Positions 12,293 to 23,804 of a stretch of 64,000 nt of DNA are shown in pieces. Position 1 is the stretch's first letter. Each line of letters opens with the position of its first letter. The notes under the pieces were generated by a model, which saw only the letters and a program-made list of their open reading frames with translations, made no database searches and was not told where the DNA came from. The translations under genes and the position numbers were made by a program. The stretch comes from Arsenophonus sp. (lineage in GTDB: Bacteria > Pseudomonadota > Gammaproteobacteria > Enterobacterales > Enterobacteriaceae), in contig CP132905.1 in assembly GCA_031446165.1 (NCBI GenBank), forward strand, positions 548,659 to 612,658, given 5' to 3'.

Positions 12293-12811
12293 TTATTTTT
12301 TATTACTAATTTCAGCATTATTGTCGTTCTCTAAAATCTTAGGAAAAACACCTCTATAAAAAAATTGTCCAATTAGATCTTCTAAAACTATGGCTGATTT
12401 AGTGTCTTCAATATGATCACCATTTTTAAGAACTGTGGTATCACTATCTAAATCATAAAATCCTATATTTAATGCTAAAAATTGCTCGCCTAATAACCCT
12501 GTTGTAAGTATTGACAATGAACTATTATCAGGAATATTATTATATTGATTTAAAATTGCTAAAGTAACACGTGGATTATAAGTTTTTTTATCTAAAATGA
12601 TATCAACTATTCGACCGACTACAACACCACCTATTTTTACTGGAGAATTTACTTTTAATCCACCTATATTGCTAAAAATAGCAGTTACTTTATAAGTTCT
12701 TTGATTACTAAATGATTTTATGTTTGCAACCTTCCAACATAAAAAAAGAAAAGCACTGAACCCAATTAAAAAAAATAAGCCAACTAAAATTTCATTTTTT
12801 TGATTTTGCAT
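12293..12811 (-). CDS. mlaD: MCE-domain phospholipid transport protein MlaD
   Basis: 172 aa with an N-terminal TM helix followed by the MCE motif GL....PV..GGV.VG. Confidence 0.9.
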   Translation of the reverse strand: MQNQKNEILVGLFFLIGFSAFLFLCWKVANIKSFSNQRTYKVTAIFSNIGGLKVNSPVKIGGVVVGRIVDIILDKKTYNPRVTLAILNQYNNIPDNSSLSILTTGLLGEQFLALNIGFYDLDSDTTVLKNGDHIEDTKSAIVLEDLIGQFFYRGVFPKILENDNNAEISNKK

Positions 12812-12814
12812 ACA

Positions 12815-13600
12815 TTAATCTCCAAACATCAGTGAAGTAAGCACAAAATCTAAACTTAAAATAGCTAGTGAAGAATGAACAACAGTGCGAGTAGTTGCAC
12901 GACTAATCCCTATAGGTGTAGGAATTGCGTGATATCCGTTAAATAAAGCAATCCAACTTACTGTAAAAGCAAATATAACACTTTTTATAAAACAATTAAA
13001 AATATCCTTTTTCCATTCAATAGTAGATTGCATAGATGACCAAAAAAAACCTTCATCAATTCCTTTCCAATTTACACCAACTAATGCACTACCTAATATT
13101 CCTGCAGTAACAAAAATAAACACTAACAGTGGCATACTAATCAACCCTGCCAAAAATCTTGGTAAAATTATATGACGTAATGGATCAATAGCCATCATCT
13201 CTAAACTAGAAATTTGTTCTGTTACTTTCATTAATCCTATTTCTGCTGTTAATGAAGAACCCGCGCGACCTGCAAATAATAATGCAGTTACTACTGGACC
13301 TAATTCTCTTAATAAAGAAAGAGATACCATAATTCCAAGACTGCATTCAGTACTAAATATGGCTAAAACTAAATATCCTTGTAAAGCAAGTACCATCCCA
13401 ATAAATAATCCAGATACTAAAATAATGACTAAAGATAAAACCCCTACATTATAAAACTGTTTTATTAATAATGGCCACTGTTTGACAATTTTTGGATTAG
13501 TAGATAAAATGCGAAACAAAAAACAAACTGCTAAATTAAATCTTGAAAATATACCTAATAAACAATGAACTATTCTAGTTAATATATTAATTAGTATCAT
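12815..13600 (-). CDS. mlaE: ABC permease MlaE
   Basis: 261 aa. [38 protein letters not shown] and [16 protein letters not shown] are collinear with E. coli MlaE. Confidence 0.95.
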   Translation of the reverse strand: MILINILTRIVHCLLGIFSRFNLAVCFLFRILSTNPKIVKQWPLLIKQFYNVGVLSLVIILVSGLFIGMVLALQGYLVLAIFSTECSLGIMVSLSLLRELGPVVTALLFAGRAGSSLTAEIGLMKVTEQISSLEMMAIDPLRHIILPRFLAGLISMPLLVFIFVTAGILGSALVGVNWKGIDEGFFWSSMQSTIEWKKDIFNCFIKSVIFAFTVSWIALFNGYHAIPTPIGISRATTRTVVHSSLAILSLDFVLTSLMFGD

Positions 13601-13605
13601 TTATA

Positions 13606-14409
13606 TTATCCCAATAAATCTTCTAGATATTTGTTTTCAGGGAATTGAAATTTTATTGGACCATTTGCTGTTCCATGAAGAAATTGTTGAACTTTTTCAT
13701 CTTTATTACTTTTTAATTCCTTTACGGTTCCACGAGCAATAATACATTGTTCTGCAAAAATATAAACTTTATCTGTAATACTAAATAGGGCATGAATATC
13801 ATGGGATACAATAATACAAGTAATACCTAATGCATAATTTAATCTATAGATAAGATTTACTAAAATTCCCATGGTAACTGGATCTTGTCCAACAAAAGGC
13901 TCATCAAATAAAATTAATTCTGGGTCAAGTGCAATAGCTCGTGCTAATGCTACTCGTCTTGCCATTCCACCTGATAATTCATCAGGCATAAGATTAGCTG
14001 CACCTCGCAATCCTACTGTTTCTAATTTCATCATTACTACTGTATGAATAATATCTCTTGTTAAAAGAGTATGTTCACGTAAAGGAAATGCAACATTATC
14101 AAAAACATTTATATCAGTAAATAATGCAACAGATTGAAATAACATACTCATTTTTTTTCTAACCATATAAAGGTCAGAACGTGATAATATTGAAATATTA
14201 TCACCATCAAAAAAAATTTCTCCTTTTTCTGGACGCAATTGTCCACCAATTAAACGCAATAAAGTAGTTTTTCCAATACCTGATGGTCCCATAATAGCTG
14301 TAATTTTTCCTCGTGGAATTTTTAAATTTATATTGTTAAAAACAGGGTGCGTCCCTCTACTAAAAAACATATTCTTAATTTTTATTATATGATTAATACT
14401 TTTGTTCAT
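13606..14409 (-). CDS. mlaF: ABC ATPase MlaF
   Basis: 267 aa. Walker A is PRGKITAIMGPSGIGKTTLLRLIGGQ, the signature motif is LSGGMARRVALARAIA, and Walker B is LILFDEPF. Confidence 0.95.
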   Translation of the reverse strand: MNKSINHIIKIKNMFFSRGTHPVFNNINLKIPRGKITAIMGPSGIGKTTLLRLIGGQLRPEKGEIFFDGDNISILSRSDLYMVRKKMSMLFQSVALFTDINVFDNVAFPLREHTLLTRDIIHTVVMMKLETVGLRGAANLMPDELSGGMARRVALARAIALDPELILFDEPFVGQDPVTMGILVNLIYRLNYALGITCIIVSHDIHALFSITDKVYIFAEQCIIARGTVKELKSNKDEKVQQFLHGTANGPIKFQFPENKYLEDLLG

Positions 14410-14629
14410 GATAAGTATTCTGGTTTAAAGTTTAATTATATGATTTTATATATTAAAATAATTTTATATATCAAATATATTAAAAGATATTACATAAAAT
14501 CAATATCAACTATTATAATATTACTATATTACTTGATACGTTTTAAAAAAATAGATTTTTATTCACTATCTTAATATATAAAAATATAATAAGTTTCAAA
14601 TAGTTACATTATAAATTAAAAAATATTTA

Positions 14630-14668
14630 TTAATTACATTATTAATTTGTTAATTACATTATTAATTT
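14630..14668. repeat. Tandem duplication, 19 bp x2 (TTAATTACATTATTAATTT) separated by one G
   Basis: Read directly from the sequence, in the mlaF-kdsD divergent spacer. Confidence 0.8.
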
Positions 14669-15064
14669 AATCATAAATCATTTCTGAAATATTAAAATAA
14701 TTTTTATAAAACATGCATCTAAAAAAGAGAAAATAAAAATAGCTATAAAGAACTATAAAATAATATATCTTACATTATTTTTATATATTTTTTTAAAAAA
14801 AAGAATATGATAAAAATCATACAAATACAGAATAATCGTTTTTTATTAAAAATATTTTTAATAAATATTATAAAAAATAGTAATTTAATAAATTAGTAGT
14901 ATTTTATAAAAAATTATCATTATATATTTTTATTTTTAAAAAATTTAATACATTTTACTTTAACTTAAAACAAAAATAGCATATCAAATAATAACACATT
15001 ATACTTTATAGATCACATATTAAAAAACAATAACTCAGAAAAATCATATGTTGGGATACATAAA

Positions 15065-16033
15065 ATGCTGAAAATTAATTTTCAAAAAACAGCTAAGAAA
15101 GTATTAGACATTGAACGTAATGAACTGGCCAATTTAGTACAATATATTAATCATGATTTTAATTCAGCTTGTTTGCTTATCTTTGCATGTAAGGGTAAAG
15201 TAGTTGTTATGGGTATGGGAAAATCAGGTCATATTGGCTGTAAAATTGCTGCCACCATGGCAAGCACAGGAACTCCTGCATTTTTTTTACATCCAGGAGA
15301 AGCCAATCATGGTGATATAGGTGTAATTACTCAAGAGGATATTGTATTTGCTATCTCTAATTCTGGGGAATCTAATGAAATTTTAGCGCTAATACCAGCA
15401 TTAAAAAGAAAAAATATTCGTTTAATATGTATGACAAAAAATCCTTTAAGTAGTATGGGAAAAGCAGCTGATATTCATATTTGCATTAAAATAACACAAG
15501 AAGCCTGTCCATTAGGTCTCGCTCCAACAACTAGTACAACAGCCATGCTCGTAATGGGTGATGCAATTGCTATCAGTTTACTCCAAGCCAGGGGTTTTAC
15601 TGCTGAAGATTTTGCACTTTCTCATCCAGGAGGTACATTAGGGCGAAAACTTTCACTAAACGTTAGTGACTTAATGCATAGAGGAAAAGATATTCCACAT
15701 GTAACAAAAAATGCAACATTACAAGAAGCATTAATAGAAATTACTCGTAAAAAATTAGGAATGGTAGTAATTTGTAATAAAAAAAATAAAATTGAAGGAA
15801 TTTTTACTGATGGTGATTTACGACGTGTTTTTGGAATGAAAATCGACTTAACTAATACAAAAATTATTGACGTAATGACAATTGGAGGCATTAAGATTAA
15901 ATCTGATTTTTTAGCAATTCATGCATTAAACTTGATGCAAAAACATCATATTACTTCATTAATAGTTGAAAAATCCAATACACTAATTGGTGTTATTCAT
16001 ATGCATGATCTTTTAAAAGCCGGTATAATGTAG
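15065..16033 (+). CDS. kdsD: Arabinose-5-phosphate isomerase (KDO pathway)
   Basis: 322 aa. GKVVVMGMGKSGHIG.K.AAT.ASTGTP.FF.HPGEA.HGD, CPLGLAPT.STTA and SHPGG.LGRKL, followed by tandem CBS domains. Confidence 0.95.
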   Translation: MLKINFQKTAKKVLDIERNELANLVQYINHDFNSACLLIFACKGKVVVMGMGKSGHIGCKIAATMASTGTPAFFLHPGEANHGDIGVITQEDIVFAISNSGESNEILALIPALKRKNIRLICMTKNPLSSMGKAADIHICIKITQEACPLGLAPTTSTTAMLVMGDAIAISLLQARGFTAEDFALSHPGGTLGRKLSLNVSDLMHRGKDIPHVTKNATLQEALIEITRKKLGMVVICNKKNKIEGIFTDGDLRRVFGMKIDLTNTKIIDVMTIGGIKIKSDFLAIHALNLMQKHHITSLIVEKSNTLIGVIHMHDLLKAGIM

Positions 16034-16341
16034 TACCAAAAATAATATTAACATTTAAAAAACCAAAATTATAAGATAATAACGATTAATTAAAATATTA
16101 AAATAATTCATATCGTTTTACAACAATACGAATTTCAAAATAAGTGCTTATAATTTTTATATAAAGTGCATACCTAAAACTACATGACCTTCCCATCTTA
16201 TTAAAACATTAATGTTAACTTATCAGAGATTATTATGATTTAATATACTTTTTTAAATATATGAAAATTATAAATAAAATTTTAAAAAATAAAAAGAGTA
16301 ATTCTTCATAAACTTTTCATAAGTAGAAATTAAAATATATA

Positions 16342-16905
16342 ATGCAAACATCAAAAGTCTTCTTAAACATTATATTGATATTTATTATTTTAACGATTAT
16401 TGGTTGGAATTTTAGTAATTTAAATAAATTAACAGAACCAATAATAGTTGATAAATATCAACCAAGTTATCAAATTATAAATTCTATCACGCATATATAT
16501 GATCATTCAGGAAAACTAGTTTATAAACTAATAACAAATAAAACATATTATTTTTCTGATAAAAAAAGTAGCTATTTCATAAAACCAGTATTAACTATAT
16601 ATAATACAAAAAGTATACCTACCTGGAAAATCACTGCTGATCAAGCAAAATTGACAGATGATAATATACTCTATTTACATGGCAATGTTAAAATTAATAG
16701 TTTAAATAAAAATTCAAATTTAAAATACATTTTAATGAAAAACTCCACTATTAATCTAACAACTCAAGATGTAATATCTAATGATCGTGTTATAATAATT
16801 GGAAATGATTTTAAAACGGTAAGTATGAAAATGCATGGCAATATAAAAAAACAAATTGCAGAATTAAATGAAAATGTAAAAACTTATTACGAAATAATCC
16901 ACTAA
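16342..16905 (+). CDS. lptC: LPS export protein LptC
   Basis: 187 aa with an N-terminal TM anchor. The position immediately upstream of lptA-lptB matches E. coli. The sequence is divergent. Confidence 0.8.
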   Translation: MQTSKVFLNIILIFIILTIIGWNFSNLNKLTEPIIVDKYQPSYQIINSITHIYDHSGKLVYKLITNKTYYFSDKKSSYFIKPVLTIYNTKSIPTWKITADQAKLTDDNILYLHGNVKINSLNKNSNLKYILMKNSTINLTTQDVISNDRVIIIGNDFKTVSMKMHGNIKKQIAELNENVKTYYEIIH

Positions 16906-16946
16906 TGTAAAAAAAATCACTAATATTAAACACTAAAAAAAATCAT

Positions 16947-17510
16947 ATGATAACAATATTAATAAAAATCATCTTTATGCATTTAAATAAAATAACTGTG
17001 GGTATAATATTAGCATTTAGTTTATCAGCTGTAGCTCTTAAAAATGATTCAAAACAAGCAATTCATATTAATGCAGTAAAACAATTACTAAATTTAGAAG
17101 AAAATATTACTATATTTACAAAAAATATTATTATAAAACAAGGTAGTATTGATATTAGAGCTAATAAAGTGATTGTCACTCAAACTAATAATAACACAAA
17201 AAAAATAATTCTTGAAGCTTATGGAACCCCTGTTACGTTTTATCAATTACAAGAAAATGGTAAAGCAATTCAGGGCCACAGCAATAGTATACGTTATGAG
17301 ATGGAGAAAGAGCGTATCATCTTGACTGGCAATGCTTACCTTGAACAATTAGATAACTCTATTAGAGGTGATAAAATTACTTATATAATTAAAACACAAC
17401 AAATAGAAGCTTTTAGTAATATCGGAAAAAGAGTAACAACCATATTGTTACCGTCACAATTACAGGAGAAATTTCCTAAAATGAACAACAAAAACAACCA
17501 TATAAATTAA
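16947..17510 (+). CDS. lptA: Periplasmic LPS transport protein LptA
   Basis: I.I.A.K..VTQ, G.P.TFYQ.QENGK...GH and LTGNAYL.Q.DNSI.GDKITY match E. coli LptA. The start could instead be the ATG at 16977. Confidence 0.9.
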   Translation: MITILIKIIFMHLNKITVGIILAFSLSAVALKNDSKQAIHINAVKQLLNLEENITIFTKNIIIKQGSIDIRANKVIVTQTNNNTKKIILEAYGTPVTFYQLQENGKAIQGHSNSIRYEMEKERIILTGNAYLEQLDNSIRGDKITYIIKTQQIEAFSNIGKRVTTILLPSQLQEKFPKMNNKNNHIN

Positions 17511-17518
17511 TTTTAAAA

Positions 17519-18244
17519 ATGTCTACATTAATTGCAAAAAATTTAGCAAAAACCTATAAAAACCATAAAGTTGTTGAAGATGTTAGTCTAGAAGTGAATT
17601 CAAGTGAAATTGTGGGTTTACTAGGTCCAAATGGTGCAGGAAAAACAACTACTTTTTATATGCTTGTTGGAATTATAGTGCGCGACACAGGCACAATAAG
17701 TATTGATAATGAAGATATTAGTTTGCTTCCTTTGCACGAACGTGCTCGTAAAGGGATAGGTTATTTACCACAAGAAGCTTCTATATTTAGACGTTTAAAT
17801 GTTTATGAAAATTTAATGGCGATATTAGAAATACGAAAAGATTTAAAATTTAAAGAAAAACAAAAATGTATTAAAAATTTAATGAAAGAGTTTAGCATTA
17901 GTCATTTAAAAAATGATTTAGGTCAATCTCTATCTGGTGGGGAAAGACGTCGTGTAGAAATTGCTCGCGCTTTAGCGGCCAATCCGAAATTTATTCTTTT
18001 AGATGAACCATTTGCTGGTGTAGACCCAATATCAGTATTAGATATAAAAAAAATAATTCAACACTTAAAAAAAAATGGTTTGGGAGTATTAATTACAGAT
18101 CATAATGTAAGAGAAACATTAGATGTTTGTGAACGTGCATATATTGTTAATCAAGGTCATATTATTGCTCATGGAGCTCCCAGAGAAATATTAGAAAATA
18201 AACACGTAAAACGTGTTTATTTAGGAGAAGGTTTTCGACTATAA
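17519..18244 (+). CDS. lptB: LPS export ABC ATPase LptB
   Basis: 241 aa. [52 protein letters not shown] and EGFRL at the C-terminus. Confidence 0.97.
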   Translation: MSTLIAKNLAKTYKNHKVVEDVSLEVNSSEIVGLLGPNGAGKTTTFYMLVGIIVRDTGTISIDNEDISLLPLHERARKGIGYLPQEASIFRRLNVYENLMAILEIRKDLKFKEKQKCIKNLMKEFSISHLKNDLGQSLSGGERRRVEIARALAANPKFILLDEPFAGVDPISVLDIKKIIQHLKKNGLGVLITDHNVRETLDVCERAYIVNQGHIIAHGAPREILENKHVKRVYLGEGFRL

Positions 18245-19251
18245 AAATGAACTATAATAAACTATTTATTGTTTATATTTATTATTTAAGTAAAGAAAAA
18301 ATATATTTTTTATATACGCAAATATACTACAAAATAACTTTTTTTATTTTTTTCGTCATTTTTTAAGAAAAAGAAATTACGTATTTTTTATAAAAAACTA
18401 TTAATTTACAAAAAAAATTTTTCAATTTAATATCAATGTGATTTATATAAAAATTATAGTATTCAAAAAATCAATTTATTTATATACAAAATAACTTTTA
18501 TCTATTGATTACTATAATTCTTTATATTGATTACTTCTAAAAAAACCCCTTTTTTATAAAAAATATTTTTTCTCGTTTGGTTTGATATACCTTAAAAACT
18601 TTATTTTTCCTGGAAAAAATAGATAATATAATAAACAAATTTTCTAGAATTTATTACATATAATTTATTTTATGAAAATCAATAAGAATGCTTATAAAAA
18701 TATGTATTACAATAATATTTATAGTATCAAGGAAATATAAATTACTTATATTTTATATATTGCTTCATTAATAATCTCAAATATATAATATATGCTGTAA
18801 AAATAATTCTAAAAAATTTTTCTAGCTAAAATTAAAATAGAACACTTTTATATCTATATAATATTTTTATAAACAAATTTATAAAAAAAGAATTAAATAA
18901 TAAATAATTTATTTTTTTAAAAAAATATTGATTTTAAAAATATAATCAGAAAACATAATCCCACTAAGGTATGATCAAAAACAATAAAAAACTAATATTA
19001 ATATAAATAAACTTGTTAAAAATTACAGCAAAAAATTGATACGAAATAATAAAATACCCATTAATGATTGCCATAAAAAATTATAAGTATTTTATACAAA
19101 AATAAAATACCATTAACATACAACAAAATAATACATTATCATATTAAATATATACTATCACTGATAATATATATGTTTCTAGTTTCTAATCAGAATACAT
19201 TATAAATATCTGATATAATAATAGTTTAGTAAATAAAATTAAATCAAAATA
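18245..19251. other. ORF-free AT-rich spacer (syntenic slot of rpoN and hpf)
   Basis: No ORF of 60 aa or more on either strand between lptB and ptsN. E. coli has rpoN and hpf here, about 1.75 kb in total. Confidence 0.6.
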
Positions 19252-19719
19252 ATGAACAATGAAGAAAATATATCATTCAAATCGTTATTAACAGAATCAT
19301 GTACATTAAATAATGTACATTGTACAAGCAAAAAACGCGCACTAGAAATTATTAGTGAAGTATCTGCAAATGTATTAAACATACCTATAAACATAATTTT
19401 TCATGCATTATTAAAACGTGAAAAAGTAGGTAATACTGCTATTGGTGGAGGGATAGCAATTCCTCATGGAAAAATATATAACAGCAATTCATCTAAAGCG
19501 ATAGGCGTATTGCTTCATTTAAACCAAACAATTATTTTTGATGATATTGACAATCAATTAGTTGATTTATTATTTGCATTACTGGTTCCTTCAGAAGCAT
19601 ATACTACACATGTAGATACATTATCTTTGATTGCTAAAAAATTTACAAACAAAAACTTATGCCGCAGGTTACGATCTGCACAAAGTAATAAAGAACTATA
19701 TAACTTTATTATTGAATAA
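19252..19719 (+). CDS. ptsN: Nitrogen-related PTS protein IIA-Ntr
   Basis: 155 aa. SKKRALEIISE, REK.G.T.IG.GIAIPHGK (the phosphorylatable His motif), VDLLFALLVP and CRRLRSAQS match E. coli PtsN. Confidence 0.93.
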   Translation: MNNEENISFKSLLTESCTLNNVHCTSKKRALEIISEVSANVLNIPINIIFHALLKREKVGNTAIGGGIAIPHGKIYNSNSSKAIGVLLHLNQTIIFDDIDNQLVDLLFALLVPSEAYTTHVDTLSLIAKKFTNKNLCRRLRSAQSNKELYNFIIE

Positions 19720-19797
19720 ATATAATTTTTGCGAAAATACCAAATAAGTATTCAATTAATTATATGGAAAATCTAAGAAGGGCAATAATTACTACTC

Positions 19798-20643
19798 ATG
19801 GTCTTGATGATAATTAGTGGACGTTCTGGTTCTGGTAAATCTGTTGCTTTAAGAGCACTAGAAGACATGGGTTTTTATTGTGTTGATAACTTACCGGTAA
19901 TTTTATTACCAGCATTAGTAACTACTTTAACTAAACAGAAAACGTTTGCTGCTGTAAGCATTGATATTCGAAATATGCCAGAAAATCCAGTAATTTTTGA
20001 GCAAATTTTTAAAAAATTATCAATTTTTTTTCCTAAAATACTTTTTCTTGATGCGAACCATAATACACTCATAAGAAGATATAGTGATACACGACGTCTT
20101 CATCCACTTTCCAATCAAAATTTATCATTAGAAAATGCTATAGATGCAGAAAAAAAAATATTAGAGTCATTAAGATCTCGAGCTGATTTAATTATAGACA
20201 CTTCTGATATGTCTGTTCACGGATTAGCTGAAATACTTCGAGCACATTTATTAGGAAAAAAAAATCGTGAAATTACTATGGTCTTTGAATCTTTTGGATT
20301 TAAGTATGGTATTCCTATTGATGCTGATTATGTATTCGATGTACGTTTTTTACCTAATCCACATTGGAATCCCAAATTACGCCAAATGACTGGCTTAGAT
20401 CTTCCTATTGCTGATTTTTTGAATAGACATATAGAAGTACACAATTTTATTTATCAAACATGTAATTATATTGAATTATGGTTACCGATGTTAGAATCTA
20501 ATAATCGCAGCTATTTAACTATCGCTATTGGTTGTACAGGAGGTAAACATCGTTCAGTTTATATAGCAGAAAAATTAGCAAATTATTTTCAATCTCAAGG
20601 GAAAAATGTTCAATCTCGCCACCGAACGCTAGAAAAAAAATAA
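19798..20643 (+). CDS. rapZ: RNase adapter protein RapZ (YhbJ)
   Basis: 281 aa. [53 protein letters not shown] and [15 protein letters not shown] are nearly identical to E. coli RapZ. Confidence 0.96.
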   Translation: MVLMIISGRSGSGKSVALRALEDMGFYCVDNLPVILLPALVTTLTKQKTFAAVSIDIRNMPENPVIFEQIFKKLSIFFPKILFLDANHNTLIRRYSDTRRLHPLSNQNLSLENAIDAEKKILESLRSRADLIIDTSDMSVHGLAEILRAHLLGKKNREITMVFESFGFKYGIPIDADYVFDVRFLPNPHWNPKLRQMTGLDLPIADFLNRHIEVHNFIYQTCNYIELWLPMLESNNRSYLTIAIGCTGGKHRSVYIAEKLANYFQSQGKNVQSRHRTLEKK

Positions 20644-20787
20644 AATAATACTGAACATTATACATATTTTTTTTTAAAACATAATTATCAAAAGATATAT
20701 ATAAAAATTTTATTGAAAATTATATTTGATAACTTTTTCATAAATAGTATCTCAATTTAAATGCTACATTTTTCTATAAAAAATATA

Positions 20788-22128
20788 TTATAATCCAGAA
20801 ACACAAATTTCTGATAATAATACGGAACCACATCGAATATTACCGCGAGTTTCAATATCATTAGATATCATTACTATATTAGACCACATGTCTTTTAAGT
20901 TTCCTACAATAGTAATTTCGCTAACAGGATACTTAATTACTCCACTTTCTACCCAAAATCCACAAGCTCCCCTAGAATAATTGCCATTCATTAGACTAAC
21001 TCCTTGCCCCATTATTTCAGTTATAAGCAATCCCTTCCACATTTCTTTTAATAAAGCATTAAAATCTAATTCTTGATGTGTAACACACCAATTATGAATG
21101 CCACTAGCATGACCAGTACTTTTCAAGCCTAGTTTCCGACCTGAATAACTATTTAATAACCACGTTTGTAATATTCCTTCATCAACAATATTACATTGAT
21201 TTGTCTTTACTCCTTCATTATCAAAAGGAGAAGATGCTAAACCACCAATTAAATGTGGTTTTTCTTTAATTGTTAACCAAGAGGGAAAAATTTTCTTACC
21301 CATATCATTCAATAAAAAAGATGATTTTTGATAAATATTATAACCACTAATAGGGTTTACTAAATGATAAAATAATCCAACAGCCACTTCAGCAATAAAA
21401 ACAACTGCAGTTTTCATTGTATATATTTTTTTAGGACAAAGACGTGATAAAGCCCGATTAGCAGCATTACATCCAACCCATTGAGGTGATTGCAAATCTT
21501 CTAATCTACGTGCTATAGTATAAGCACTATCTCTTTCCATCGAATTATTATCTTGAGCAACAACACAACTTGATATTGAATGTTGACTCAAACAATAACT
21601 TTGTAACATTTCAGCAGTATTGCCAAATACTTTAATTCCATAATGACTATTAACATGCCCACCTTCAGTATTTTTAATTTTTTTATCTGTTTTTAAAGCA
21701 GAAATTTCTGCTTGACGAGCTAATTGAATTGCTTTTTTAAAATCCATTTCAAATGGATAAAATAATTTTAAATCCATTACTTGATAAGCCAAAAGCTCAA
21801 TATCTGGCAAACCTACACAAGGATCTTCTGAAATATATTTAGCTATATTAATAGCCGATTTTACAGTATTTCGAATTATTTTTAGATCTAAATTAGTAGA
21901 AGATGCAATTCCTTTACATTTTTTATAAAAAACTGTAATATAAAATATATAATCATTATTAAATTCAATATTTTCAGTTTTACCAAAACGTGTACTCACA
22001 TGAAGACCGTGTGTTGCATTAACAACTACCTCTGCTGCATCACATTTCTTTTTTGCTATGGATAATGCATATGTAACTATTTCTTCTAATTTTTTACGTT
22101 GTGACAAAACTTTTTCTATAAAAATCAT
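20788..22128 (-). CDS. pmbA: Metalloprotease subunit PmbA (TldE)
   Basis: 446 aa. VSTR.G..EN.EFN, NTEGG..NSHYG.KVFGN, LGLKSTGHA.GIHNW, YSRGA.GFWVE.G.I.YPVSEITI.GNLKDMW and GSVLL match E. coli PmbA. Confidence 0.95.
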   Translation of the reverse strand: MIFIEKVLSQRKKLEEIVTYALSIAKKKCDAAEVVVNATHGLHVSTRFGKTENIEFNNDYIFYITVFYKKCKGIASSTNLDLKIIRNTVKSAINIAKYISEDPCVGLPDIELLAYQVMDLKLFYPFEMDFKKAIQLARQAEISALKTDKKIKNTEGGHVNSHYGIKVFGNTAEMLQSYCLSQHSISSCVVAQDNNSMERDSAYTIARRLEDLQSPQWVGCNAANRALSRLCPKKIYTMKTAVVFIAEVAVGLFYHLVNPISGYNIYQKSSFLLNDMGKKIFPSWLTIKEKPHLIGGLASSPFDNEGVKTNQCNIVDEGILQTWLLNSYSGRKLGLKSTGHASGIHNWCVTHQELDFNALLKEMWKGLLITEIMGQGVSLMNGNYSRGACGFWVESGVIKYPVSEITIVGNLKDMWSNIVMISNDIETRGNIRCGSVLLSEICVSGL

Positions 22129-22355
22129 TAATATTATCCGAGATATAAAAATACATTTTAATCTTTTTTCAAAAAAATTAAAATATACTCATAATTAAAA
22201 TATTATTTTTACAAATAACTTATTAATAAGCAAGTCAATAAAAGTCAATAATGATATAAATCATTTCATGAAAATACAAAATTTAATGAAAATAATAAAT
22301 ATCTATAAAAAAATAAAGTAATATATTATAAATAATATTTTTATTATATAAAAAA

Positions 22356-23804
22356 TCATATTTCTGTGCCACCAACTGTCATACTTTCTAACTTTAATGT
22401 TGGTTGGCCTACTCCAACAGGAATACTTTGACCTTCTTTTTCACAAGTACTAACACCACTATCAATTTTTAAATCATTACCAACCATTGAAATTTTTTGC
22501 ATAACATCTTTACCAGATCCAATTAATGTTACTCCTTTTATAGGTTTAGTAATTTTTCCTTTTTCAATCAAATAGGCTTCTAAAGTTGAAAATACAAATT
22601 TTCCGGAAGTAATATCCACTTGTCCACCAGAAAAAGTTGGTGCATAAATACCTCGATCAACACTATCTATAATTTCTTCAGGCATTGATTTTCCTGCTAA
22701 TAAATAGGTATTAGTCATACGAGGCATAGGTAAATGTGCATAAGACTCACGCCTCCCATTTCCAGTTGGAAAAAGACCCATTAATCTTGCATTCATTTTA
22801 TCTTGCATATATTTTTTTAAAATTCCATTTTCAATTAAAACATTATATTTACCTGGTACACCTTCATCGTCAATTGCTAAAGATCCTCTATGCCCAAATA
22901 ATGTACCATCATCTACAACAGTACAGAATTCCGAAGCAATTTTTTTTCCCAATTGATCACTAAAAATAGATACCCCCCTACGATTAAAATCACCCTCAAG
23001 ACCATGTCCTACTGCTTCATGCAATAAAATACCTGGCAATCCAGCCCCCAATACAACAGGCATTCTTCCTGCTGGAGCAGCAATAGCTTGAAGATTTATT
23101 AATGCTATTCTTACAGCTTCTCTAACGTGATATTCTACCAAAACTTTACCTTCATTTCTTTTAAAAAAATATTCATAATCATAACGACCACCACAACCAC
23201 TAAAACCACATTCACGCTTTCCTTTATCTTCAACTAAAACTTTAATAGATAAACATACTAATGGTCGCAAATCAGCAGCTAATGTCGCATCTGTTGCTGC
23301 AATTAAAACATATTCGTAAACACCGGATAATTTAACATTAACTTCTTTTACTCGTGAATCTTCTAATCTGGCAATTTGATCAATACGTTGTAAAAATTCT
23401 ATTTTTTCTTCTTGATGTGTTGATTCTAATGGATTAATTGTAGGATAATAATATTTATAATTAACATTATTTAGTATACATGTTTTTTTTTTATGTTTTT
23501 CATTTAAAAAACTGCATGCTTCATATGCACTTGTATATAATGCTTTTAAATTTATTTTATTAGTATAAGAAAATCCTGTTTTATTATAATCAATAACACG
23601 GATACCAACACCTTCATCAATGTTATAAGAACCTGTTTTGATAATTTTATTTTCTAACTCCAATGTTTCATGACAAATTGATTGAAAAAAAAGATCAGCA
23701 TAATCTAATTTTTTTTCTGTAATTAATCCTAAAACATCCTGAAGATGTTGATAATTTATTTTTTTTGATGTTAAAAAATGTTCACTAACTATTTCTAAAC
23801 TCAT
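22356..23804 (-). CDS. tldD: Metalloprotease TldD
   Basis: 482 aa. [22 protein letters not shown] (HExxH-type site), [18 protein letters not shown] and VGQPTLK match E. coli TldD. It ends with TGA at the natural C-terminus. Confidence 0.96.
   Translation of the reverse strand: MSLEIVSEHFLTSKKINYQHLQDVLGLITEKKLDYADLFFQSICHETLELENKIIKTGSYNIDEGVGIRVIDYNKTGFSYTNKINLKALYTSAYEACSFLNEKHKKKTCILNNVNYKYYYPTINPLESTHQEEKIEFLQRIDQIARLEDSRVKEVNVKLSGVYEYVLIAATDATLAADLRPLVCLSIKVLVEDKGKRECGFSGCGGRYDYEYFFKRNEGKVLVEYHVREAVRIALINLQAIAAPAGRMPVVLGAGLPGILLHEAVGHGLEGDFNRRGVSIFSDQLGKKIASEFCTVVDDGTLFGHRGSLAIDDEGVPGKYNVLIENGILKKYMQDKMNARLMGLFPTGNGRRESYAHLPMPRMTNTYLLAGKSMPEEIIDSVDRGIYAPTFSGGQVDITSGKFVFSTLEAYLIEKGKITKPIKGVTLIGSGKDVMQKISMVGNDLKIDSGVSTCEKEGQSIPVGVGQPTLKLESMTVGGTEI

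Noticed and set aside
14347-14574. A 75-aa + strand ORF in the mlaF upstream region.
   Set aside because: It begins antisense inside the mlaF N-terminus and then runs through A/T spacer, giving a low-complexity Ile/Tyr/Lys/Leu peptide. It has no Shine-Dalgarno motif and no similarity to a known protein.
14630-14668. Possible CRISPR or minisatellite arrays, suggested by the direct repeats at 3965, 14630, 31382, 38981 and 43912.
   Set aside because: Each has only two directly abutting copies, with no spacers, no cas genes and A/T-only sequence. They are slippage duplications.
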